Shown here: one piece after another, positions 1 through 11,400 of the stretch
Layout of the letters: each line of letters opens with the position of its first letter
How positions within the stretch are numbered: position 1 is the first letter of the stretch
Origin: Torpedo marmorata
Lineage: Eukaryota
NCBI GenBank assembly: GCA_977017645.1
Contig: OZ360240.1
Span: 27,900,001-27,964,000 of the forward strand
DNA: 64,000 nucleotides
Direction: 5' to 3'
Made by a program: the position numbers and the translations under genes
Notes under the pieces: model-generated
Told to the model about the DNA's origin: nothing
Database searches by the model: none
Seen by the model: only the letters and a program-made list of their open reading frames with translations

Positions 1-251
1 AAAACTCTGTGAAATCTCTTCGAGGGATGCCTACCCCAAAGAAGTTCTCCTTTGCCCTCCGAAGGGAGTTCTGTGGGATTCTCTCTCACTGCTCCCCATC
101 TGTAATCCCTGCTGCTCTCAAGTTCTACGACCAAGTACTCACCCAGACTCGCTTCCACAGCCACGTTTTCTTCTTCTCACGGTGTCTGCAGACTTTTGTG
201 TTTTACTCCATGGAATTAATAACAGCATTAGAAATCTTACTGCAGCCTTAC

Positions 252-1390
252 CTGAGTTGGCTTCCCAGACCACTTCCACAGCTGCCGGGCTGGGAGAAAG
301 GACGAGATTTTGGGACGATTCTCCACACTTGGCAACCTCTGTCTCTTTGATATCTCCTTGGCCTTTTGAAGTCGTAAATCTTCCTGCCTCTTTTGTTTGA
401 TCTTATTCGCTGACATCATAGACTTGACTGAGAAGGAGTGTGGGGAAATCTTCGTCTCTGACTGCCGTGGGTCTGAGGAGGCCAGCATTGCAGGTACAGG
501 TCGTGTCATACAGGTCTGAAGCAAGAGAGTCGAGTCGTCATCAGAGCTGTATGATGAGTCATCATTGTCTGATGAACACAGGCTGGATGTGGAGGTAGAA
601 CCAGACGTTGAAGAGGATGAAGATCCAGAGGACGAAGACAAGACAGAGAGCCTGGACATGAATCTCGACGTGACACTCTGCCGGAGGTTTCTATTTTCAT
701 CTTCATCATCCATGTATGAGAGTGAGCTATGACTGTCACTGTCACAATCCATACCAAACTCTGACTGGCCAGTGTACTCATTCATGGCTAAGCTGAGAGG
801 AAGGTTTTGCAGTTGAGTGTGTTTTCCTTTCAGAATTTCTATCCTTCCGTTTGGTTCTTTACTGATCAAAGCTGCCTGCGAGTAAGCAGCATCGGATTTC
901 ACTCCAAACTCCTTCTCACTCATCAGCAAGGCCTTTCCATTTTTTGTTTTGGGAGACATCACGCCTTCGTGATCTAATTTTACCAGATATTCTGTTTCTG
1001 CTTTCCTCTTCCCAGCTTTCGGGATTGATATGTCTAGTTTCTCCATCTTTCTGTACTTCAGCGGCTTAGGATTTGGCATCAGACTTGGGCTGCTGCCAAA
1101 GGCTCCAAATGTGCTGGCAATGCTACTGAAAGAGTCAACCTCAAAGCCACCACTGAACATGGGAGGAGGTAGGCCATGCATGGGGAGGAACCGCTCCTTA
1201 CCCCTCATCCTTCTTGTGCTTCCATTTAACTCAAACAAGTTTTCTAAAACTGCTGTATTTTTGTTGGAGATCTTTTTCTTTGTCTGAACAATCCCTGGCC
1301 AATTTATCAGTGCTTCGGATTTTTTACTCAGCATGTGTTCGCCTTTCAACAACGTCGTTACCTCAGATTTTGAAACTCCTTTTCCTTTAT
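252..1390 (-). CDS. BAHCC1: BAHCC1-like coding exon (1139 nt; Ser-rich region leading into the BAH domain)
   Basis: Encodes LVKLDHEGVMSPK...SSLCSSDNDDSSYSSDDD.LLLQTC..PVP...PSVENRPKISSFLPARQLWKWSGKPTQ, matching recalled BAHCC1 sequence just before the BAH domain. Acceptor ttcttttag|AT at 1391/1390; donor CAG|gtaagg at 252/251; phase 1 to 0. Confidence 0.9.
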
Positions 1391-2547
1391 CTAAAAGAAA
1401 GAATAATTTGTCTCATTTGAGCAGAGAGCAATGTAATGAATCATCTCGCTGTATAAATTATATCAACACAACTTTATAAATGTATTGGTTACTTGTTCTT
1501 TAAAAATTGTGACCACGCATTCACAATCAGAAAAATACTGTTAATCAGGTTACTAAATCCAGAACTGATGTTTCCTGATAAAAAAGACTTTGCTAATTTC
1601 TTACACCATTTTCTATGTGTGAATCATTTGGATACAATGTGAGAATTAACATTGTGAGAAATTTAATGTGCTCTATAAAGAGGGTATTAAATCATGTTCT
1701 AGTTCCTTTGCTATAGTTAAAGAAACTAAGCTCTAACACTTGGTATCAGTTGGTCTGAGAATGACCTGTTTCCCATATAGCAGTTACTCTGGCGAACCTA
1801 CAGTATGTGTCCTTATGGTTATTAGTAGCAAATTGTCTGTGGAGCCAAAAACATAATTATTCAAACCACGGAGAAGATATCATCCTTGATAGTCAATGTA
1901 TCTTAATCAGCATGCTACCTGTGGTTGTCTGTTGCCAAACCAGAGAACATGGACAATGACTTTAAAGGATGATTATTACATTCAAAGTGGTGATTTACCT
2001 GCATGTGATCGACTTTGACTCCATACATAACAACACTTAAAGATCTATGAATAGGATATTGTCCAAATATTAATATTCCTGTTCAAAATATTCTATCAAA
2101 ATAGAAGTGAGAACATTAGCAACTTGATGTTCTTTTTAATTAGGAGGAAAAATTACACATGACAAATTGGATAGGTCACCATAGACATTGGAGAATTTAT
2201 TTTTGCAAAATTGGGAGGGTGCTATTTAAAATTGCCAATGCCATTTTCCTGCCAGAGCTAGCAGGTTTGGTCGACTGCCCTCCTGAACAGGTGGCAAAAC
2301 CATCCATGAAAGATGGAAGCATCTTTTTAATATATGCACCGAATGTTTATATAATGTCATTGGGAACCAATTGCAATTTAGATGGAACCTAAGAGAAGAG
2401 GAAATGAGTTTTACACCAGGCCTTATAAGCAGAGAAGAGAATTGGAACAAGAGGCACAAAATATTGCTTGAACTAGTGTCATTATTTGGCAGAATGGCCC
2501 TACAGGGCCTTGACAGAAAACCTTAATCATCCCCTTACTGCCAATTA

Positions 2548-2900
2548 CCATATATACTCGTGTAATAGTCGAGTTTTTTGGACCAATTTTTTGGGTCAAA
2601 TTGGGGGGGGGGTGGTCGACCTTTACATCGTTCAAGGCATCGGGAGCTCCGATGGCCGGGACCAGGTGGTAAGTCCATGTTCGGGGTGTCAAGAGCTCTG
2701 ATGGGTGGGCAGCTGGGGCCTAGGAGAGAATCTGTGGCCGGGGCATCGGAAGCTCTGGGGGTCGGAAGCTCGGATGGGCGGGCGGGGCTAAAAATAGGGG
2801 GTCGACTTTTACACAGGTCATATAGGAAATACGCAATTTTTGGGCCAAAAAAGGGGGATCGACAATTACACGGGATCGACTATTACACGAGTATATACGG
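2548..2900. mobile_element. pogo-type MITE (CCGTATATACTCG terminal repeats) with internal GC-rich repeats
   Basis: Terminal inverted repeats ccatatatactcgtgtaatagtcga / tcgactattacacgagtatatacgg, flanked by TA. Same family as 32100 and 40607. Confidence 0.85.
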
Positions 2901-3531
2901 TAATCACTAAGCACGCCTATCCAATTAATTACTGTCAGTCGGCATTCCAGAATCTCCCATCACCTCCATCATATTCCCAACCTGAATGAGTGGCTGGCAA
3001 GTGATACAATATTCTGAGCCCTATTTCGTGACCGAAAGGTTTATTTGCAACTGGCACTGCTGCTCTTAAAATTGGAACCAGTACTGGAGGAGACAACAAT
3101 AAGACAAAATCAGAATTGTGACTGAGTAACTGACAATTCAACATGAAGTGCATAAGTTATTTTGATCGTATTCCAAAGAGTCCACATTTGTTTCCATCAA
3201 TTTTTAATCTGTGCTCTATTTAACGAAAGATTTTTTAAAAAAACATGTTTCAGGGAGAATTCTGAAGCAGGATGCACAAAGCGGATCACAATGGAAGGGA
3301 AACACTAGATAACTAGAATGCAATTTCAATATTGAATTACACAATGCACATGGAGTGCACAGCTGTACTTGTCTGTTTTTGTGATGTCATAGCAGAAGAG
3401 TTTCTCTTCTATTGCCTGACATTATTCATTGAAATCTATTACATTCTCACTGTAATTGACAGATAACAATTTAACTATTTTTCATTCAGAATAGCAATGG
3501 TCAATTAGATTCAATGTTTGGTGCTATAATT

Positions 3532-3748
3532 TTTTTTAAATTTAGACAGACAGCATGGTAACAGGCCCACGAGCCCATGCCGCCCAAATACCCTAATTAA
3601 CTTACAACCTCCGTACGTTTTGAAGGGTGGGAGGAAACCCACGCACACTCGGGGAGAATGTACAAACTCCTTACAGACAGCACCGGATTCGAACCCGGGT
3701 TGCAGGCGCTGTAATAGCATTGCGCGAACCGCTATGCTAACCGTGCCT
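3532..3748 (-). mobile_element. tRNA-derived V-SINE (HE1-like)
   Basis: Has a tRNA-like head with B box GGTTCGAATCC, the V-SINE core tctgtaaggagtttgtacattctcccc and a CR1-like tail. Confidence 0.85.
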
Positions 3749-4159
3749 CTATAAGATCTTTAATGTTTCAACTGAATTTATTCATCTGTTTGGACACTAC
3801 AAAATACATTTACTGTCCTTTCACGGGACTTTCACAGATACAACTGTTGCTTTTTCTCGTCAGCTTGGCGAGAAGAAGCAAGTAGAGAAGTGGCTACTTC
3901 CTTTCAAGCCAAACAGTTCCGACAACCTTAATATAAGTTAGTTATCTGACCGCTGAAAATAGTTTGCTGGCATGCATAGAGTCACTGTGAAGCTTTAACA
4001 GGTCTGTCTGTGTAAACCAAACATTATCTTTTTTTTTTGTATTTAAATCCTTTATTTATAACACACAAAACTTGTAACCTTCTTGTTTATTGTTCTATGA
4101 AAAGTCTTTAAGTAACGTTCTAAGTGGTTGATTCTTAATAACAAAAGTATTGGTATAAA

Positions 4160-4330
4160 GGTTAACGTAGCTTAACGATGCTTAACGATCTTTAAGGTCA
4201 TTCAACGATATTCAACGTCTTAACGATGTTCAACAATCTTTAATGTTCTTTTAGGATGTTTAACTTTCTTTAACGATGCTCAAAGGTTGCTTAAGGGTTA
4301 TTAAACGATGTTAACGTGGTGCTTAAACGG
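4160..4330. repeat. Degenerate ~9-bp tandem array (TTAACGATG-like)
   Basis: Repeated units such as cttaacgatg, cttaacgatc, ttcaacgata, ttaacgatgtt and ttaaacgatg. Confidence 0.8.
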
Positions 4331-4353
4331 TCAACAGAAATTGTCGACACCCA

Positions 4354-4634
4354 ACTCACCATCCTCAGATCTCCAACTGACCACTCGCGCGGGGGAACCT
4401 ATATTTAAACCCCCCCCACCCCGCGCGTGCTCCTTTGTGCACGCGCTGGCCCTGGCTCCAATGGCTCACTGCCGGGTCCGAGCCAACCGCGCATGCGCAA
4501 ACTTGCTCCGCTTGCACCGCAAACGGTGCCGGCCATCATGCATGCGCCTGCTGGCACCCGCGCGCGTGCGCAGTAATCAACATGGCCGCGCACGGCCTAC
4601 CAACCAACTGGACGCCACCCAACATCAGGTAAGT
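4354..4634. promoter_or_regulatory. CpG-rich putative bidirectional promoter inside the insert
   Basis: Minus strand: TTTAAATATA (4409-4400), Inr TCAGTT (4380-4375), then ATG|GTGAGT. Plus strand: NRF1-like CGCGCATGCGCA (4488-4499), AACATGGC (Kozak/YY1-like, ATG at 4582), then AG|GTAAGT at 4628/4629. Confidence 0.55.
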
Positions 4635-5954
4635 AGCGAGCCTTTGGCTCTTACACCGGCCCCTAATTATTATAATAAGGCACCATGGCTATAATTATAA
4701 TAATTACTATCATAAAGAAAAACAAATGCACAGAATATAAATATAATGAACAATTAACTATGTAATATTCGAAACGTTACGCAGGTCTTCTTTTATCGTC
4801 TTTACCCCCATTCTGCAGTCCGTGTAGTGGGCAAAGTACAAACATAAAAATTCAACAAAATAAGTCAGTTTGTACTTATTACAGATCCTCCATCTTCTGT
4901 AGAATCCTTAAGTTACAAACGTCTACCAGTAAACCTCAGTTCAAATTCTTACTATGAGAAGCGGAATGCTGGAAAAAGGAAGAAATCCAAAAGACATGCT
5001 GAAGACGTATCTCGTGTTAAGCTCAAAAGGGGAGCTGTGTCTATTCTGTCTGAGGAAGATCTGAGGTTTACTGGTAGACGTTTGTAACTTAAGGATTCTA
5101 CAAACACTATCTTCTGTCTTGGCCAATATAATGAAGTGAATCATGCACTGTGCCAGAAGAAAATTTGTTACTTCCTTCCCCACAATGATTTTGTCAAGTC
5201 TGTTGTCTGATTTAATTCCACTCCATTCTAGAAACTCCAGCATATTCCCAGCCCTTTGTTTACAAGAGACAAGTTCCTGTGTAATCTGTCTTGTGATGGC
5301 CAGTGGTAACTTTACAAAATTCAAGAAACGGCCAAATTCCAGGATTGCTCAATGAACCATTAACCAATTGTAGGCTTTTAAAAAAAAACTAAATCTATTT
5401 TTAATCTGTTAGAAATGAATAGAACCAAACAGTTCCGGATGGATTGTGTACATATAATAAAAGCATTTCCTTATCCAGCAGTAAGAATTCAATTGCTGAC
5501 AGGAGAGAATGATCGGATTTTCCAATGAATCTAACTTTTAGAGGGTCAGGCTACATCTTTGCAACCAGTAACCTCTCCCCTCTGGTGAACTTTCACGGCA
5601 GAATGGATGAAACCCAGGGGCCACCTTGGATTCGCCTGGACTAAAATTTCTTCTGATCCATGTGGAATTTCACATTGGGTTATTGAGGAGCACTTTTGGT
5701 TCTAAGGCAATACTCAAACAATGAAGGCATCACTGGGCTAGGTTTTGCTTTGACAGGTTGGGCTTTAACTTGAAGGAATCCCTTTGCTTTATGACAATAT
5801 TTCTCATCTGTTTCACCACAGAATCTAATGAAATGTTTATCTGTCTGTTTCCATTGGCACAGCGTTCGATAGGATAGGATTTCTGGTATAGAGGCTTCTT
5901 CCAATTAACTATATTTTCTGACATGAAAATTGCCATCGATAGATTTGAGTTTTA

Positions 5955-6378
5955 TGCATTGCTATTACATGGAAATCTGATGTAGATTTAGGGTTAGAAA
6001 GATGGCATGCAGAACTTCGTTCATGTATACCACTTGAAAAAAATTACTTATAATTTACGGAATAAATATCATTTCTTTTTGAAAATATGGAGCCCATATA
6101 TAAAAACTGTTGGGTTAAGGATTTGAAGATCTCTGGATATTGGATCTGACTGGCGAACCTATGTTCCACAATAAAATTAGTTTTTAGTTGTTCTTTTTTA
6201 GAGTGACATTCTCCTTACTTTATCTTTTTTCTTCTTCTTTCTTTCTTTTCGGGAGGGTTAGGGAGGGGAGGGAGGGAGGGGGGGGTGAAAATGTATCACA
6301 TGTAATCTGATAATTTTGCATTTTAAACTATGTATTGTGTGATTTAAAAATTTTAAATAAAATATTTAATAAAAAAAA
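5955..6378 (+). mobile_element. 5'-truncated L1/Tx1-like LINE 3' end
   Basis: Encodes the CIAITWKSD...CIPLEKITY ORF2 end, followed by a G-rich 3'UTR and A-tail. 17-bp TSD gatagatttgagtttta at 5938-5954 / 6379-6395. Confidence 0.9.
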
Positions 6379-6504
6379 GATAGATTTGAGTTTTAGAATT
6401 AGCCAACAAATTTCAACCAATCTTTCATAACTCACAAAACCCAGTTGAAGCTGCAAAGTTCTCCTCACAAACTTTCTAAAATGCCCCAAAGCAAAAAACA
6501 ATAA

Positions 6505-6632
6505 CCTGCTTGATGAAGAATTCAGACCTGAAACTTTGACCACTCTTTTTCTCCCACTGATGCTGCTCGACCTGCTGAGTTCCTCCAGTGGCTTGTTTTT
6601 TTTGCTCCAGATTCCGGGATCTACAGTCTCTC
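6505..6632 (+). mobile_element. Penelope-like element terminal fragment (old)
   Basis: Contains cttgatgaag...cctgaaac followed by tgctcgacctgctgagttcctccag, shared with the other Penelope-like copies. Confidence 0.6.
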
Positions 6633-7166
6633 GTGTGGCTTCCTAAACTGCCCCACTGATTTGTCAAACAACAGCTTGGATACATCCCTGGATACATCAG
6701 ATCCCACTGGAAAGACAGGCCTACCGGAAGCGGTAGGTGGTATACTCTAGAGGTCGGGGCAGGAGGAGACCCTCGCATTCACTTGCCTAGATGAGTGTAC
6801 CCCCAACACGACTTGACACCATTGAGGACATAGTAACTCATGAGAGTGATACCTCAGCCATCATCCCTAATATTTGTGCCCACTTCCACATCATGATTGA
6901 TATGCATGCCACCTTCAAAATTCAATGCAGCAATTCACCAAGACTTTCATGATCGTGCCTTCCCTAGTTGCAGTTCCTACCATGCAAAGGCCAAGGGCAA
7001 CATGTGGAAGGAAAAGCCTCTGACAGGTTTTCCTCCCATACACACCAGCATACCTTGGTCATATATTGTCAGTCCTTTATCGTTGCTGGGTTAGGTCAGC
7101 TGAACTCATTGTCCAACACGGTGGGAATACCTTCGCAGAACTGACCACAGAAGATCATGAAGGCAC

Positions 7167-7672
7167 TCCGAACTTTGTAAGGAGTTTGAGAAGATTCGGT
7201 ATGTCACTGAAGACTCGCGGAAACTTCTATAGGTGTAACGAGGAGAGCATTCTGGCTGGTTGCATCACTGTCTGGTATGGAGGTGCCAATGCTCAGGACA
7301 GGAAAAAACTCCAGAGGGTTGTTAACTCGGCCTGCGACATCACAGACACCAGACTTCACTCCGTCGAGGACATCTACAAGAGGCGGTGTCTTAAAAAAGC
7401 AGCCTCTATCCTCAAGGACCCCCACCACCCAGGCCATGCCCTCTTCACTCTGCTACCATCGGGAAAAAGGTACAGGAGCCTGAAGACGAGCACTCAACGG
7501 CACAAGGACAGCTTCTTCCCCGCTGCCATCAGATTCCTGAATGAAAGTTGTCTTTTTCTTTTTCTTGCTCTATTTTTATTTATTTCGTAAGATGGTTTAT
7601 ATAAACGTTTGCACTGCGATCCTCTGCAAAACAACCAATTTTGTGACATGTTCATGAAATAAATTTTGATTC
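7167..7672 (+). mobile_element. Rex1/Babar-like LINE 3' end
   Basis: Encodes the RT C-terminal tail ESILAGCITVWYG...ASILKDPHHPGHALFTLLPSGKRYRS...SFFPAAIRFLN, then a 3'UTR. Near-identical copy at 55600. Confidence 0.85.
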
Positions 7673-8007
7673 AAAATCACCTTCTCAGAGGCAGTTAGGG
7701 ATGGACATAAATGGCGATTTCTTGGCAATGTTTGTCACAGTCCGAGAATTTCAAAGAATAACTGAGTGGCCAGAAAGCTTTGATCAAGAACAGGCTGTTT
7801 GTTTGCTGTGGCTCAATGAATAATCAAGAAATCGGCTGCTGATCAAAGTTCCTAGCTGTCAATACTTAAGAAAAATTACACAGTCAAGGAGAAGGGGATG
7901 AAATTTCCAATCCACAAATACATAGCATTTAGGATTGTAACATTTCTGTACAGTGCTAAATTGTCACATGCTGAGAAAATAATTAATATATTTCAAAATA
8001 AACACAC

Positions 8008-8181
8008 CTGCTTTCCCTTTAAACAAAGTCTTCTTGCCAGATTTTTTGTTCAGTTCAGTTGAATTTGGTCCATCCACAGAGTGATTCTGACTGCTCACTA
8101 CACCTTCTCGCTTCTCCGTGGGGAATCTCCGAACACGAAGCCTCCCATTGGCTACTAGTAATGCAGGAGAAGGTTCTGTAC
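8008..8181 (-). CDS. BAHCC1: BAHCC1-like coding exon (174 nt)
   Basis: Encodes (C)TEPSPALLVANGRLRVRRFPTEKREG...KKTLFKGKA. Boundaries cttttacag|GT and GCAG|gtgtgt; phase 1 to 1. TEPSPALLV is a family motif. Confidence 0.88.
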
Positions 8182-8369
8182 CTGTAAAAGATCAATTAAC
8201 GCTCAAATGTGTTCATTTTTAAAGAGTAGAATGAGATGTTTTTGATTTTGGTTCTGCTACACTGCTGGAGTTGAAGGAAGTATGGAGCTTTTTCCACCGG
8301 AGAATGAATCAACTGTCCTACCAGATGGCCATTATAATTATTTACAAATTGGCAAATCATCACCAACAA

Positions 8370-8636
8370 AACAACTCAACTAAATCCACGTTAATTAGCC
8401 CAGCACCCAAACTAATCTCACACAAAAAATTAACCTGGTTCCTAAACGAATCCACTGTCCAAACTAATTCACCATCCAAATTAACCCAGCATTCAAATTG
8501 ACCCACCTTATAAAAAAATAACTCTCAACCCAAACTAACCAGAATCTAAATTAACTCTGCATCCAAACTAAACAAGCATGTAGATTATTCCAGCTGTAAA
8601 CCAACCAAACCCATTACCCAAAATAACCTGACACCC
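8370..8636. repeat. Old degenerate ~17-18 bp minisatellite (ttaacccagcatccaaa-like)
   Basis: Recurrent ccaaa(c/t)taac units. The array resumes weakly near 9000-9100 after a Penelope-like insertion. Confidence 0.6.
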
Positions 8637-8639
8637 TTG

Positions 8640-8962
8640 GAGCTTCTAAGCACCTTAGGAGCGACACCTAATTTTCCGTCTGGGCACTCTCCTCCCAGAT
8701 GCCATTAACATCGACCTCCAGTTTCTGCTAGACCACTCCCCGTTCTCCCTCTCTTCTCCATCCTTCTATCTTCTTTCCTCCAGCTCTCCACCTCCTTCCT
8801 TCTCCATTCACAGAGCCATCCCCCTCCCCCTGTTTGCTGGTGTGCCCTCCCTACCTCATCCACCTATTACCTCCTGCCTGTGAAACTGTGCTCCTCCCCC
8901 TGCCCCTTCCCACCACCATTTTGTTCAGGCGCCTGCCTACATTTTGCTCATACCTTGAAGCA
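8640..8962 (+). mobile_element. Penelope-like element 3' fragment
   Basis: Decayed HLIFRLGTL..DAINID (GIY-YIG C-terminus) followed by a pyrimidine-rich tail ending cataccttgaag. Confidence 0.75.
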
Positions 8963-9359
8963 AGGTGTTTTTACTTTTATTGGAATCCAGTTGCCAGGTT
9001 AAATCCAAAGTTCAATCACTCCAGTCCCCGATCCAGACCAATAACCCAAGTCAACCCAGCATGGGTAGAAATGTCCAAGTCTCAAACTCTTATCCCAGCA
9101 GGTCTCAGCTGATCAGAAACCCTTTAACAACTCCCTCAGGTATGTATTGGAAACCGGACATGTTTCCTGCTGAGATCACTTTCTGCTGTGGCATGCTGGG
9201 AAGGCTGAGCGCAAGGACATCATTGAGCTTTGTAATGATGCTCCTCACGGAAGGGAAGCCTCATGATATCGTGAGCTCTGATAAAGAGATTGACCAATTA
9301 TGAACATTCTGTGACTGAACCACCATTAAATGGAATGGTTATTTGGTCTTCCAGGATTA

Positions 9360-9545
<186 letters not shown>

Positions 9546-11163
9546 TCAACCTATGATTCCAATAAGCCTCCGTTGTTTTCTCACCAGCAGTTTTGAATTT
9601 GGTTGAAGTTACATGCACCACTAACAAGAATAGCAACATTCATCATCACTGAACTATGAACTCATATCTATTTTATATGCTCAACAGTTCAAATTAACCA
9701 TGACACAACCATCTTATTGTAGCACAAGAATTTTTTAATGAAACATACTAAAATTCAAACAAGATTGTGGAGCATGGTGGTGCAAGCAAATGATTTAAAG
9801 CTGAAGTTCGATACCAGTCTTTACTGAGTTGGGGAGAAATTAGTTTAAGATCAGTTCATACATCATCAGCGATTTTCCTGTACCTTAATATTTAATTACT
9901 ATGCATATAAATATTGAAAATTCCAGGTTGCAAGGTTATAGCGCAACAACGAAACCACATTGATCCTGGGAATACTCCAGGGAGAAGGAAATTTCCTCAG
10001 TGTACAGTAATGTTTAAAAGACCTGTTATTCTGTTTCTAAAAAAAACCTTTCAATTTCACTGCCAAAAGTGCACAGAAAAAAAAATCTCAGTCCTCCCAT
10101 TCACTGGAATGATGGAAGAGGTAATAGTTTATATAATATAGGTTACAACTCTACCTCCATCTATACACAGCTCTCTCAGAATTTTGCCACAATGGGTTTA
10201 AAATAAAAAAAATCTGTTTATCATGTCAATATTTTGCTGTTCTTGGGAGACTTGTTTGGTCAAAGCTTTCCTTCAACCAATATAACTTAAAATGATTATC
10301 TGGTCATTTGAAAACTTGGGTTATGCTAAATGGTTACTGCATTTCCTATAAGACAACATTCAAAAGCACTTAATTGACTATGAAGCACTCTGGGATATAT
10401 CGAGGGGAAGCAGAAGGATCTCTTTCTTTCATTGAATCACACATTATAAGATACAACATCACAAATTATACAGTTGATAAAATAGAAAAAAAAGTTAACT
10501 TATGACTGCTGAATTTGATTGCAGCTTAAGACTGTACCCATTTACAAGTGGCAGGCATATTGCCTCTGGCTCGGTGGGATTGAAAGCAATCTTGCACAGG
10601 AATTAAGTATTTAGCCTGTGCTGAGTGAAGTTGCACTTTTTGATTGTTGGATCCAGTTGCTATTGATTGGTGATAAATTTCACAAAATCCCTAAATCATA
10701 CTGGATTGATTCCTTCTTGGGCTGGCATTGTAACCACTGACGTACAGCTCAAATAATAAGTGCCATTTTCCAGGTTGCTGTGTGTGAAATAAATGCATGG
10801 TCTCTGGATTTAAGTTCCAGCCATGGTACAGACACAAAGTAGGAATGATGCACTTTGATGGTTTAATGGGAAGTGATCTATTACTATGTTGTTTTTACAG
10901 TGCATTAAGTTAATTCCTGTTGAAATCCTTTCCTGCATAAAATTTCCTTTGAACTATATTCATGGGCCTTCCTGTTGGGCAAAGCAAACCGACATGTTCA
11001 AAATATTAAGTATTCAAGCTCCTACTTGGACAAATAGTTGGTAAAAGATTAAACGTACAAAGCAACTGTACTAGAAGTTACAGGTGGCAATATATTTTGA
11101 ATTGAATTATTCAGTAACTTTTACTTACAAAGAAATCAAAATTGAACTAACCTCATGGATATA

Positions 11164-11400
11164 CATAAAATCCCCGTTATCCGGAATTCAAGCAACTGGC
11201 AGCCTCGAGCAACCAGCAAAAAAAAAAAAAAAAAAAAAAAATCGCAAAAAATAAATACGTAAAAAACACGAAAGTATAAAATTGGCACCCCCTAGCGGTC
11301 AGTTCACCAATCACGCAACACACAATCTCAAGCAACCGGAAAATTTACATATCCGGCATCTACCAATCCCCATCAGTACCGGATACCGGGGGGTTTACTG
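11164..11400. mobile_element. Tigger/pogo-like MITE
   Basis: Terminal inverted repeats ca(g)taaaatccccgttatccgg / ccggataccggggggtttactg. Reverse-complement relative of 20621-20857. Confidence 0.8.

Larger units (their letters stand above)
4029..5100 (-). mobile_element. Unclassified retroposed insert with poly(A), TSD and fold-back 5' end
   Basis: T10 at 4029-4038, with AATAAA on the minus strand at 4056-4051. Flanking direct repeats caaacattatc (4018-4028) and caaacactatc (5101-5111). Perfect 42-bp inverted repeat at 4898-4939 / 5061-5102. Confidence 0.7.

Noticed and set aside
4160-4330. Short repeat array as a possible CRISPR-like locus
   Set aside because: The units are adjacent, degenerate 9-mers with no unique spacers, in a vertebrate intron with no cas genes.
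4941-5324. 127-aa minus-strand ORF
   Set aside because: It crosses the insert's TSD and fold-back junction, starts at a non-ATG codon and has no recognisable motif.
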